Source: an uncultured Pseudomonadota bacterium | Lineage (GTDB): Bacteria; Oederibacteriota; Muellerivitia; Muellerivitales; Muellerivitaceae | Direction of reading: 5' to 3' | Assembly: GCA_963843375.1 (NCBI GenBank) | Contig: CAWJKT010000010.1 | Span: 105,424-169,423 of the forward strand | Length of the DNA stretch: 64,000 bases | Shown: positions 10,438 through 21,588 of the stretch, in pieces | Position numbering within the stretch: position 1 is the stretch's first letter | How the letters are laid out: each line of letters starts with the position of its first letter | Notes under the pieces: model-generated | Seen by the model: only the letters and a program-made list of their open reading frames with translations | Told to the model about the DNA's origin: nothing | The model's database searches: none | Program-made: the position numbers and the translations under genes

Positions 10438-11604
10438 ATGGATTTCCCACAAGCCGAACGGATGAAAAAATTTCCACCTTATCTTTTTATCGAAATGGAT
10501 AAAAAGAAAAAAGCGGCCATCGAAAAAGGCGTGGACATCATAAGCCTGGCCATAGGCGACCCCGATTTGGCCACTCCCGATTTCATTGTGGAGGCCCTTT
10601 ACAAAGCCGCCAAAGACAAGGCCAACCACCAGTATCCGCTAGGGCCGGGGCTACCCAAGTTTCGCGAGGCCGTGGCCTATTGGTATGACCGCCGCTTTGG
10701 GGTCAAGCTTGACTGGAAAGATGAAGTGGTGGCCTTGATTGGCTCCAAGGAAGGAATTGGTCATCTTCCAATTGGGATCATCAACCCCGGGGATGTGGTT
10801 CTCATGCCTTCGCCTGGATATCCGGTTTATCATGCGGGAACACTTTTTGCTGGAGGTGAATCTTATTTCATGCCGCTTTTGGAAAAGAACAATTTTTTAC
10901 CCGATTTGGACGCCATTCCGACTGGATGTTCTCAAAAGAGCTAAACTGATTTGGACCAATTCGCCCAATAATCCCACTGCTGTCCTCGCGGGAAAGGATT
11001 TTTTCACCAAAGTGATTGCATTCGCCCAAAAACATCAATCTCATCGTGGCCAACGACGCCGCTTATACCGAAATCTATTACGACGGGGAAAAAGCCGATC
11101 AGTTTCCTGGAACTTCCGGGTGCCAAGGAAGTCGGTGTGGAATTTCATTCCCTTTCGAAAACTTTCAATATGACCGGTTGGCGTGTGGGTTTTGCCGTGG
11201 GAAACAAAAGCGTCGTGAAGGCTCTGGCCGATGTGAAAGGAAACCTAGATTCGGGTGTTTTCAACCCCGTCCAATACGCGGGAATTGCGGCCTTGGAAGC
11301 GCCCGATTCGGTCACGGAAAATATTCGTAAAATCTACCAGGAACGCCGGGATATTTTTGCCGCGGGTTTGAAAAAACTGGGATGGCAATTCCATGTTCCC
11401 AAAGCCGCTTTTTACTTCTGGGTCAAGGTGCCAAACGGCATGACTTCCGCCGATTGGTGCGGAAAGGTATTGGAAGAGGCTGGAATCGTAGTCACACCGG
11501 GCAACGGATTTGGCAAGGAAGGCGAAGGCTATTTCCGCATGACCATTACGGTGGATAAAGCCCGCCTGGAAGAAGCGATACAAAGACTAGGAAAACTCAA
11601 ATAA
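10438..11604 (+). CDS. dapL: LL-diaminopimelate aminotransferase, class I PLP (several frameshifts 10920-11100)
   Basis: PPYLF, IGDPD, IGSKEGIGH, NSPNNPT, DAAY, FHSLSKTFNMTGWRVG; context in a dap cluster. Confidence 0.8.
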
Positions 11605-11690
11605 GATGACGGTCGGTTGTTGATAAGGCCATTAGTTATCTATAATCCTCTGCACCAACCGTCTACCAGCGGCTAAAAGCTGGGAATTAA

Positions 11691-12170
11691 ATGGCTTTGG
11701 TTTATTTGTCTTTAGGGTCAAATTTGGGTAATCGGGACTTAATACTTAGCACAAGCCCGGAAGGCCATCGAGAAATCATTTTCCATCGTCCGATTCTCAA
11801 AGTTTACGAAACCGAACCCGTGGATGTTACGGACCAACCCTGGTTTTTGAACCAAGTGGCCGAATTGCAGACCGACTTGGCGCCGGAAACTTTGCTAGAA
11901 TGGGCACGGGTTTTGGAAAGCCAAGCCGGACGCCAAAGGGACATCCCCAAAAGGCCCACGGACTTTGGACATTGATATATTGCTTTATGATGACTGGATT
12001 TTGGATGTCGAAGAGCTGGTGTTGCCCCACCCGCGCCTGGAGCAACGACGGCATGTTTTAGTACCTTTAATGGAACTATCGCCGGAAAGGATCCTTCCGA
12101 CCACGTCAAAAAACGGTCCGGGAAGCCCTTGAAACAAGTAAAAGACTTCGGCACAGGTTAAAACCCATGC
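11691..12170 (+). CDS. folK: 2-amino-4-hydroxy-6-hydroxymethyldihydropteridine diphosphokinase (frameshifted; end approximate)
   Basis: YLSLGSNLG, YETEP, FLNQV; in another frame PRTLDIDILLY and LVLPHPR. Confidence 0.88.
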
Positions 12171-12810
12171 TTCACCATAAATATATCGCGATCGAGGGTC
12201 CGATTGGTGTGGGGAAAACCAGTCTGGCGGATATCCTCGCCAAAAAACTAAACTCCCGTTTGATATTGGAAGGTGCGGAAGAAAATCCATTCATTACCGA
12301 GTTCTATAAAGACATCAAAAAACACGCTTTCCAAACCCAAATGTTTTTCCTTCTTTCCCGATACCGCCAACAGCAGGAAATGACCCAAAGCGACCTTTTC
12401 CAGCAAGGCATTGTGAGCGACTACGTTTTCGCCAAGGACCGGATTTTCGCCAACCTAACTTTGGACGACAATGAGTTAAAACTTTATGAACAAATTCATT
12501 CCATTTTAGGTGGCGGGTTTTGAAACCCGATTTTGTCATCTATCTCCAGGCTTCCACTGATGTTCTCTTGAAACGAATCTCCATGCGGGGTCGGAAATTT
12601 GAAAACCAAATCACAGGGGATTACTTGGCGGAATTGAATCAGGCCTATAACTATTATTTCTTCCACTATCAGGAAACTCCTTTGATGGTCGTCAATACAA
12701 GTGAGATCGATTTTGTCCACCGGGACGCGGACCTGGACGATCTTTTGACTCACATGGCGAAAGTCACCAAGGGAACGGTTTATTACCAACCCGTCAGCGT
12801 GAAAAAATAA
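12167..12810 (+). CDS. Deoxynucleoside kinase (frameshift near 12515)
   Basis: IAIEGPIGVGKTS, KPDFVIYLQA, RGR; usual position between folK and panB. Confidence 0.88.
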
Positions 12811-13600
12811 TGTCCGCCAAACAAACACCATATTGGATTTCCAAAACAAGTGCGACCGGGGTGAAAAACTCGTTGTGGTGACGGCTTATGATTATTCCAT
12901 GGCTTTGGCGGTTGATGCCGCCGGGGTGGATGCCATTCTCGTGGGGGACAGCCTTTCCATGACCATGTTGGGCCGTCCCAATACTCTTTCGGCCACGATG
13001 GATGAGATGATCCACCACACCAAGGCGGTTACAAAGGGGGTCAAGAATGCCCTTATTATAGGGGACCTACCTTTTCTTTCTTATCAACTTGGGACTGGAA
13101 GAGGCTTTGGATAACGCCGGAGCCTTCCTCACCGAAGCTGGAGCCCAAGCGGTGAAACTGGAATGGTGTCCGCAAGCCCCCGAAGTAACGGCCTTTTTGG
13201 TTGAGAATGGGATTCCGGTCATGGGCCACGTGGGTTTTACCCCTCAACATGTTAACCAATTAGGGGGCTATCACTCCCAAGGTAAGGACAAGTCCACTGC
13301 CTTAAAATTACTTCAACAAGCAAAAGCATTGGAAAAGGCGGGCGCTTTTTCGGTGGTTTTGGAATTGGTGCCGGCAGAAGTGGCAAAAAAAATAACCGAT
13401 TCACTTCGAATTCCAACAATTGGTATTGGTGCCGGACCCTTATTGTGACGGCCAAGTCCAGGTCCTTCACGACCTTTTGGGATTGCTTCCCGACTTTCAT
13501 CCCAAACACGCCAAAGCTTATCTTAAACTGCACGAAGCTATTCGTGATGCCGTCCAACAATATGCCTATGGAAGTAAGAACCCAAAAATTCCCCAAGTAA
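12810..13600 (+). CDS. panB: 3-methyl-2-oxobutanoate hydroxymethyltransferase (multiple frameshifts; end approximate)
   Basis: [45 protein letters not shown]. Confidence 0.9.
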
Positions 13601-13622
13601 GGCATCATCCCAAAGGTCCCCA

Positions 13623-14469
13623 ATGAAAACTATCGTAGCTCCTTTCGAAGTCCATAAGCTTGTCCGGAAATGGCGTCAAACCCAAAAAACAATTGGTTTT
13701 GTACCGACGATGGGCGCCCTCCATGAAGGTCATTTGGAATTGGTGCGGACCTGCCGCAAGCAAAACAAGATACCGTTGTTTCGATTTATGTGAATCCCCT
13801 CCAGTTCGGTCCCCATGAGGATTTCAACCAATATCCCCGGATGATGGAAAAGGACTTGGAACTCCTCCAAAAAGAAAAAGTTCATTTGCTTTACAACCCA
13901 ACGAACCGGGAAATGTACCCGAAAGGATTTTCCACTGAAATCAAAGTTAAGGGACCACTGGTCGAAGGTCTTTGCGCGCCCTATCGCCCCGGACACTTTG
14001 ACGGCGTGGCCACGGTGGTGGTTAAACTTTTGGGAGCCGTTCAACCCGACCGGCTTTACCTTGGCCAAAAAGACGCACAACAAGCCGCTGTCCTAAAAAA
14101 GGTGATCGCAGATCTTGAACATTGCGACCCAGACAGTGACATGCCCAATCGTCCGTGAACATGATGGACTGGCCATGAGCTCCCGGAATCAAAAATTAAG
14201 TTTGGAAGGACGGAATATTGCGCCTGTCCTTTACAGAGCGTTGAAAGTGGGGAAGAGCATCGTGGAATTGGGAGAAACCGAGTAGTCGAAAAAGTGCTGG
14301 AAGAAATAAAAAAAGTGATTGCTGATGAACGTAAAGTCAAGATTCAATACTTGGAGGCGGTAAAAGCCGAAAGCTTGGAGCCTGTAAAGCGAAATAAATC
14401 CGGGCACGACTGATTGCCTTGGCGGCCTACCTTGACAATGTCCGGTTGATTGACAATATTGTTATCTAA
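13623..14469 (+). CDS. panC: Pantoate--beta-alanine ligase (multiple frameshifts)
   Basis: [46 protein letters not shown]. Confidence 0.9.
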
Positions 14470-14601
14470 CAGAAAACCGATTGTTATTTCGAATCGCAGA
14501 AAGACGGAAATGACCTTAAATAAGGCATTGCTTCTTGAAGGCTGGATGCGTCCGGTCTTTCGGTTAAACTGTCGAATATTGAATCCCAATTCGAGGAAAA
14601 C

Positions 14602-14971
14602 ATGGCCCGTACATTCGTTAAATCCAAGATCCATCAAGTGAGTGGTTACTCAAACCGAACTTTGGTACGAGGGAAGTATCACGCTGGATTCAAAATTGAT
14701 GAAAGCCGCAGACATCGCCCCTTATGAGCAGGTTCACGTCTTGAATCTTAACAACGGCAGCCGGATCGCTACTTATGCCATTGAAGGGAAAGCCCAATTC
14801 GGGGGTCGTGTGCATGAACGGGGCGGCGGCCCGGCACACTGAGATCGGTGACAAGCTCATCGTTCTTGACTTATGAAAGTTTTCCCCAGGCACCTTCCGC
14901 CGGTTATTCTCCGACCGTAGTTTCGGTCAACGCGGAGAACAAAGTCACGAAGGTAAAGAGAGGAAGCTTGA
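14602..14971 (+). CDS. panD: Aspartate 1-decarboxylase (frameshifted; end approximate)
   Basis: KSKIH, YEGSIT (pyruvoyl G/S cleavage site), NLNNGSR, TYAI, CMNGAAA. Confidence 0.88.
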
Positions 14972-14973
14972 CC

Positions 14974-15909
14974 ATGTCACTTGACCTGTTTTTAGATGAC
15001 ACGGAACTTATTGCCCGCATCCAGGAACTGAAAAAGGAGCGAAAGCCATTATTTTGGCCCATAGTTATGAGCGGCCCGGAAGTACAGGATATCGCTGATT
15101 ATGTCGGGGATTCTCTGGAACTTTCCCGTTTGGCGGCAAAGACGGATGCCGATGTCATCGTTTTTTGCAGCGTCCATTTCATGGCGGAAACCGCCAAAAT
15201 CCTTTCACCCCAAAAAACCGTTTTATTGCCCGCCGCTGAAGCGGGTTGCCCACTGGCCGATATGATCACGCCCGCCCAATTGGAAGCGGAAAAAGCCAAG
15301 TATCCGAATGCCGCGGTGGTGGCCTATGTCAATTGTTCCGCCGAAATCAAGTCCATGGCCGACGTCTGCTGTACTTCGGCGAATGCCCTTCAGGTCGTAA
15401 ATGCCATGCCCCAGGAAGAAATTCTTTTCGTGCCCGACCACCACCTGGGCCGCTGGGTGCAGACCCAGACGCATAAAAAAATGATCCTCTGGGCAGGCTG
15501 CTGTCCGACGCATCAGCGGATGAAGCCCAAGGACATCATCGCCCTCAAGCAGGAACATCCGGACGCGGTCGTGGTGGTCCATCCCGAGAGCAACGAGGAT
15601 ATCTGCAACATGGCGGACGCCATCCTTTCGACGTCCCAAATGCTGCGTTATTGCCAGGGCTCACCGGCCAAAACCTTCATCATCGGCACCGAAATGGGTA
15701 TGCTGCACCGTCTGCGAACATCCATGCCGGAAAAAAGTTTCCTTCTTCCGACCAAAAGTCTTATTTGCCCCAACATGAAAATGACCCAATTGGAAGATGT
15801 TTACGAGTCCTTGAAGGAACTCCAACATCCCATCGAAATTCCCGAACCCATCCGGATCAAGGCGCTCAAAGCTCTCGACGGCATGTTGGCGGCGGTTCCC
15901 ACGAAGTGA
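14974..15909 (+). CDS. nadA: Quinolinate synthase NadA
   Basis: GDSLELS, VFCSVHFMAETAK, GCPLAD, YVNCSA, HPE, CPNMK; start taken at ATG 14974. Confidence 0.92.
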   Translation: MSLDLFLDDTELIARIQELKKERKPLFWPIVMSGPEVQDIADYVGDSLELSRLAAKTDADVIVFCSVHFMAETAKILSPQKTVLLPAAEAGCPLADMITPAQLEAEKAKYPNAAVVAYVNCSAEIKSMADVCCTSANALQVVNAMPQEEILFVPDHHLGRWVQTQTHKKMILWAGCCPTHQRMKPKDIIALKQEHPDAVVVVHPESNEDICNMADAILSTSQMLRYCQGSPAKTFIIGTEMGMLHRLRTSMPEKSFLLPTKSLICPNMKMTQLEDVYESLKELQHPIEIPEPIRIKALKALDGMLAAVPTK

Positions 15910-16742
15910 AAAGGGCTCCATCCAGGCGCCTTGGAATCGTCGGTTGTGGCGCCATCGGTTCGCTGGTAGCCCGTCTCCTTGAAAATAAAAAATCTTCCTT
16001 TCGCGTTACCGCACTTTTCGACATTAACCGCTCATCCGCTGTTGGACTCTCAAACAAATTGAAATCTCGACCTGCTATTTGTGCCCGGAGTAAGTTCCGT
16101 TGCTCGAGAAATGCGACATCGTTTTGGAAGCGGCTTCCGTTCCGAGCGTCGCTTGCTATTGCTATTTCCGCATTGAAAAAAAAGAAACCCATCGTGATGA
16201 TGAGCACCGGGGGATTTCTTCTTCATCAAAAACAATTGGAAAAACTAGCCCGGCGTTACCGGACCAAAATTCATCTTCCCTCAGGAGCCCTTTGCGGATT
16301 GGACGGTTTAAAAGCCGCCCGGCAAATCGGTGAAATAAGGGAATTGCGCATCACCTCCACTAAACCATCCAAGGAGTTTTGAGGGGGCTCCCGGTTTAAC
16401 CTCATGCTCAAAAACAAATTGCTTTCCAAAAGAAAAACCCCTTTTTATCTTTATCGCGGGGATGTTTGGGGAGCTATCCATCGTTTTCCGGCTAATATCA
16501 ATGTGGCCGCGACAACGGCTTTGGCTTCTGGAAATCCCCAAAAACTCAAAGTTCGGATCATGGCCGATCCAAAAACCAAATTTAATCAGCACGAAATTCA
16601 TGTTTCAGGTGATTTTGGCGAGTTGACAGCTGTCTCTCGCAACTTTCCTTCAAAGCAGAACCCCAAAACCAGCGCCTTAGCCATACAAGCGGCCCTCGCG
16701 CTCTTTGAGCGTTTGGAAAGTTATGTGGAAGTGGGAAACTGA
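15906..16742 (+). CDS. nadX: L-aspartate dehydrogenase NadX/DUF108 family (frameshifted)
   Basis: GIVGCGAIG, PSGALCGLD, FPANINVAA, NPKTSALA; follows nadA. Confidence 0.82.
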
Positions 16743-17732
16743 TGCCAGAACCATCGACTACCGGCGTTCCCTGCGCGATTCAAATAAGGAATCTTTCGAA
16801 AACATATAAAACCGGTTTTTGGTTCACCCCCAAAATCACTCACGCCCTTAAAAATCTTCACTTGGATGTTTACGAAAATCAGGCTTTCGGCCTAATGGGT
16901 CTTGAATGGGGCCGGAAAAACAACGGTTATTAAGTTGGTCTTGGGTCTTTTGAAACCTACGAAAGGATCCATTGAGGTTTTAGGCGGAAAAATTTCCAAT
17001 AGTCAAGTCCGCAAGCAAATAGGATATCTTTCCGAATTGCCCTATTTTTCCAAACAGCATACCGGTCAGGGAGTTACTTGAATATTTTGGCTCCTTGCAT
17101 GGCTTAGTCGGGTTAGCCACTCTGGCCCACCGGGTGGATGAAATTTTGAATTAGTCAGAATGACTCCGACCTGCCAAAGATAAAGTTTCCGGATATTCCA
17201 AAGGAATGCTCCAGCGCATCGGAATAGGTCAGGCGCTTATTGGAAAACCCACAACTCCTTATTTGCGATGAACCCATGAGTGGCCTGGACCCTGTGGGTT
17301 ACAAGGAGATGCGGGATATATTCATCGACTTGAAAAAAACAGGAACGACCCTTTTTCTAAACACCCACATCTTGGATGAAGTGGAACGTATTTGCGATCA
17401 GTATCGGAATTCTCCATGACGGAATGTTGAAAGAAACGGTACCTACATGTCCAAAATCCTGGAGTCTTCCGTTCCGGTGGATTATTGGGTGGATGTGGAG
17501 AAGGCGGAGGCGGCCAAATTGTCGGGCATGCCGTTTCAGGACGCTATCCACCATAATGGTGGGGTTCAAATAACGGGTTTGGTGCTTGCGGAAACCCTCG
17601 CTCTTTTAAACTCCCGAAAAGCCAAAATAAAGGGAGTGCGGCCCCTTTCCTCATTGGTGGAGGCTTATTTCCTTAATGCGATCGGGGCTCAAGACCATTT
17701 GACCCGGTCCCTTCGGAGGAGGAAAAACATGA
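16742..17732 (+). CDS. ABC transporter ATP-binding protein, PilH-like (heavily frameshifted)
   Basis: LSKTYKTGFW, disrupted G.NGAGKTT Walker A, YSKGMLQRIGIGQAL, DEPMSGLDPVG read across frames. Confidence 0.75.
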
Positions 17733-18507
17733 ATCGAATTCTAGCCGTAGGAAATTTTACTTACCGGGAATTGATCCGAAGCAAGATGCTGTTTATTTGG
17801 CTAATTAGCGTGGTAGTATTTGTGGTCTGGCTTTTCTTTTGTCCATCCTGAGTTTTGGCAGCGTCCTTGAGATATTCATGGATTTGGGATTAACCGGAAT
17901 GGAAATATCGGGGTTGTTGGTTCTCGATTTTAAGTCTGGCCGTGACCTACACGACGGAAATGGATCAAAAAGCCATTTACCTCCATTTAGCCAAACCCCT
18001 CACGAAGGGAGAATATCTCTTGGGTCGAATTCTGGGTTTTTATGGGGTGATTTTGTTGGTGGTACTCGGGATGGGTTTGGTGGTAGTCGGATTGTTGTTT
18101 TTGTCGGGGGTGGCCAGATTCCCCCGCTCTTTCTACGATTGTGTTGTTTTCATCCTATTGGAAATGTTCGTCCTAACCGATTCTGGGGTTGACTTATCCA
18201 AATGATCGCCACTTCCATGGTAGGAGTCGTGCTTTACACCTTTCTTCACTATTTTCCTGGGCCATTGCATCGGTGAAGTGGAATGGCTTTTAAACCAGCA
18301 AATCGCCCAATGGGTTAAAGTTCTTTTGAAGATGATTTATTACATCTTCCAAACTTGGAAGTTTTTAATTTGAAAGACCGGATTTATGATCCCACCATGG
18401 TTTTGGGTTGGACCCAGTGGCAAGAAGTCCTCCTTTACGCCTTGGCTTATTCTTTAACCGTCTTTCTGATCGGATGGATGAATTTGGAAAAAAGGGAATT
18501 TAAATGA
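17729..18507 (+). CDS. ABC-2 type permease, PilI-like (frameshifted)
   Basis: MNRILAVG.FTYRELIRSK, IYLHLAKPLTKGEYLLGRILG, PNLEVFNLK-like segment, C-terminal EKREFK. Confidence 0.7.
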
Positions 18508-19216
18508 ACACGAGTTCGCTTTATGACAGGATTTTAAATTGGGCACCGGGGTTGATTATGGTGGCTGTTTCTAACCCAGGCTTTTCTTTCCCGATCTAGA
18601 ATCATGGGTACATCCCGAATCTTTCGAAGTTGGCGGGGTCATCAAAAAATGGATCAAAGAGTTTCATCCACTTTACGAGCCGTGGCTTTTTTAAGCGGAT
18701 ACAAAGTGCTCGTGGGACATGTCTTTTGGATTGAGGTGATTCAGTACTATGGGGACTCAGATAACGCGGCGACTCGCGTTTTTCAAAATTATATGATTAC
18801 TGCAGTTTGGCTTCGGATCTTAATCCCCAATTTATCTCCATTTATACCTTTGGCGGCCGCCGCCTTGGCGTTTCATTTGAAACGAATCGACGAAGGCGAC
18901 GCAATTATTGGAAAAAGGGATAAAGTCCAATCCCCACGCCGAACGGCTTAAGTTTCTCCTGGCCGCCATTCTTTACCAACACACCGAAAAGGAAGAGGAT
19001 TTGATTCCAGTCCTTGAGGAGGAAGCGGGGCGCCCTGACGCACCCCCGATGCTGGTGAACATATTGGCCAATACGTATAAAAAAGTGGGCCGCTACCAGG
19101 ATGCCATCCGGGTTTGGAAAAAAATTCTCCAAACTGGTGAAACGGATATGCAAAGGATCACGGCCGCCCAAAAGCTTCAGGAGCTTTACCTGATTACCAA
19201 GGTTGCCAAGCCTTGA
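18504..19216 (+). CDS. TPR-containing protein, PilG-like (frameshifted)
   Basis: FWIEVIQYYG; TPR-like LANTYKKVGRYQDAIRVWKKIL; third gene of the ABC trio. Confidence 0.55.
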
Positions 19217-19232
19217 GGTTCTGGAATACTCA

Positions 19233-20171
19233 ATGATCCATCTTGTCACCCTTAATCCCGCGTTGGACTTGGAACTTCGATTAAAAGAACCGATCCAGGG
19301 AAAAATTGGGGAGGTTTTGGAGTCGAACGTGGAAGCTGGCGGCAAAGCTCTCAATATCGCCCGATTTTTTCGAAAATGGAGGATACCGGCCAGGACCTGG
19401 TTGGGAACCGGCGGGGGAAATCACCCCACCCATCATCTTTATCGTTCTTTGCTGGCAAGGGAAGGACTGGCCCCCTATTACCTCAGTTCAAAAGTTCCCA
19501 TCCGGTTAAATGTAGTGGTGGAAAACAATCGAAAAACAAAAAAATATAATCATCCCGGTTTCGAACTGGATTTAGGAGAATTCGGCCGTTTGGATAAGGC
19601 AGTTAAAAAAGATGATCTATTGGTAATGACGGGCCGACTTCCCAAGGGAATGAATCCAGCCCTTTATGGGTCTTGGATACAAGTCTTCAAGCGCAGAGGT
19701 GTTTGGACAGTGGTCGATAGCTCAGGCCCGGCTCTTCGAGAAGCTCTTAAGGCCAAACCTTGGTTTTTCAAAGTGAATCTTTACGAATTTTCGGAATCGA
19801 TTCACCGCAAATTATCCGGGTTAAAGCAGGTTTATCAATACTTGCCAAACCTCTTTAAATCCGGTCTTTTCCACGGAGCTGTGACGAATGGAATCGAAGG
19901 CGCGTTGCTTTGGAACGGTAAAGAAGTTTGTTGGGTCAAGTCTCCCCAAAAGGTAATCGGACGTATGGTCGTGGGAGCGGGAGATGGTTTTTTAGCGGGA
20001 TATTTAAAGAGCCGGCAAACTGGAAAAAACTTCATCGAATGCGCCCGCCTGGCATCCGCCACCGGCACGGCGGTTGCTTTAACCGGAATTATGGGCTTTG
20101 AACCTCGATTAATCTCCCGTTTAGCCAAAAGCATAAAAGTGAAAAAGTTTAAGGATCTCAATGAATCTTGA
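19233..20171 (+). CDS. PfkB family 1-phosphofructokinase-like sugar kinase
   Basis: VTLNPALD, AGGKALN, VDSSG, KVN..E, VGAGDGFLAG. Confidence 0.85.
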   Translation: MIHLVTLNPALDLELRLKEPIQGKIGEVLESNVEAGGKALNIARFFRKWRIPARTWLGTGGGNHPTHHLYRSLLAREGLAPYYLSSKVPIRLNVVVENNRKTKKYNHPGFELDLGEFGRLDKAVKKDDLLVMTGRLPKGMNPALYGSWIQVFKRRGVWTVVDSSGPALREALKAKPWFFKVNLYEFSESIHRKLSGLKQVYQYLPNLFKSGLFHGAVTNGIEGALLWNGKEVCWVKSPQKVIGRMVVGAGDGFLAGYLKSRQTGKNFIECARLASATGTAVALTGIMGFEPRLISRLAKSIKVKKFKDLNES

Positions 20172-21456
20172 AAATCGAATGATTTATTCCGTTTCTGAGC
20201 TTCTTCAATCCGCCCGAATGCTTTTGGAAACCAAGTTTCCGAATATTCTGGTCCAAGGTGAAATAACTGATTTCAAACATCATTCTTCCGGTCATATGTA
20301 TTTTTCCCTCAAGGACGAGAAAAGTGTTTTACGATGCGCTTTTTTCAAAGGCAATAACTTTGGGCTAGCCTTCAAGCCCGAAAACGGCTTAAAAGTGGTG
20401 GCGGGAGGTCTTATCACGATCTACCAAGGCTACGGCCAGTTTCAAATGAATGTTCAGTTGCTGGAGCCTCAAGGTGTGGGCGGCCTTCAATTAGCCTTTG
20501 AGCAGTTGAAAAAGAAACTGGCCGAAGAGGGCCTTTTTGATCCGGCAAGAAAAAGACCTCTCCCCAAGTACCCAAAACGAATCGCCATTGTTACCTCGGG
20601 GCAGGGAGCGGCCCTGCAAGATTTTTTGAAAATTCTTGCCACCCGGGTTGGAGTTGAGGACTTTGATGTTTTCGACGTCAAGGTTCAGGGTAAGGAAGCC
20701 CCTGTTGAAATCATTTCTGCTATCCGGGAAATTTCTGAAAAAGCGCTCCACGATGTTCTGGTTTTAACCAGGGGTGGAGGCAGCCAGGAAGATCTGGCGG
20801 CCTTCAACGACGAAAGGGTGGTGAGAGAGCTGGCCTCCTCAAGCGTCCCGACCATTTGCGCCGTAGGACATGAGGTGGATTTCAGCCTTTGTGATTTCGT
20901 CGCAGATTTGCGGGCTCCGACTCCGACGGCAGCGGCGGCTATGCTGGCCCCCGGACGGGATGAGGTGGAGTCGGAAATCGCCAATCTGGCTTTGCGGTTA
21001 AAAGACGCCTTGAATGACTTGGTTCAGGAAAGAAAAAGAGACCTTCAAGAACTGTCGGGAATTCTTCAAGAACGCCGACCTGATTATTTAATCACTGAAG
21101 CCCGTCAGAACCTGGACCGCAGAACAGAAGATTTACAGGAAGCTTTACTGAAAGCACTTCAAGATAAGAAACTAATTCTTCAGCGTTTCGGGGATTTTCT
21201 TTCCCGCGCCACACCCCTACAGGCCGTCAAACCTTTCCGTGAAAAGATCCATGGCCTGGAAGCCCAATTACAAGCCTACCATCCTTATGGCCCATTGAAA
21301 CGGGGATATGCGGTGGTCAGCCTCAAAAAGACAGGTGAAATCCTGCGTTCTCCTAAGGGTTTGAAAAAGGGCGACCGTCTTGGCATTCAACTTCAGCAAG
21401 GAACCCTGGAATCTGAAGTGAGCGGCCTTGATGAACAAGGGGATTTGCTTTCGTAA
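20161..21456 (+). CDS. xseA: Exodeoxyribonuclease VII large subunit
   Basis: GEITDF..H.SGHMYFSLKD, RGGGS.EDL..FN, VGHEVD, APTPTAAA. Confidence 0.95.
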   Translation: MNLENRMIYSVSELLQSARMLLETKFPNILVQGEITDFKHHSSGHMYFSLKDEKSVLRCAFFKGNNFGLAFKPENGLKVVAGGLITIYQGYGQFQMNVQLLEPQGVGGLQLAFEQLKKKLAEEGLFDPARKRPLPKYPKRIAIVTSGQGAALQDFLKILATRVGVEDFDVFDVKVQGKEAPVEIISAIREISEKALHDVLVLTRGGGSQEDLAAFNDERVVRELASSSVPTICAVGHEVDFSLCDFVADLRAPTPTAAAAMLAPGRDEVESEIANLALRLKDALNDLVQERKRDLQELSGILQERRPDYLITEARQNLDRRTEDLQEALLKALQDKKLILQRFGDFLSRATPLQAVKPFREKIHGLEAQLQAYHPYGPLKRGYAVVSLKKTGEILRSPKGLKKGDRLGIQLQQGTLESEVSGLDEQGDLLS

Positions 21457-21588
21457 ATGAACTTAACGATCTACAAAAGCGCTTTTTCGGTAATTTGGCT
21501 CGTTATGAGATTCGTTTGCATTTAAAAGATTTAAAAAATCTTGGCCTCAAATGAATTCCGCTTATATCATCAGTCCCCGGAGGTAGGC

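Noticed and set aside
14848-15909. Apparent PanD C-terminus/NadA fusion in the ORF track
   Set aside because: Lies in the indel-rich zone; a TGA at 14969-71 with ATG at 14974 gives normal separate genes.
15651-16382. Long N-terminal extension of NadX overlapping nadA
   Set aside because: The Rossmann motif starts right after GTG 15906; the extension is an incidental open frame.
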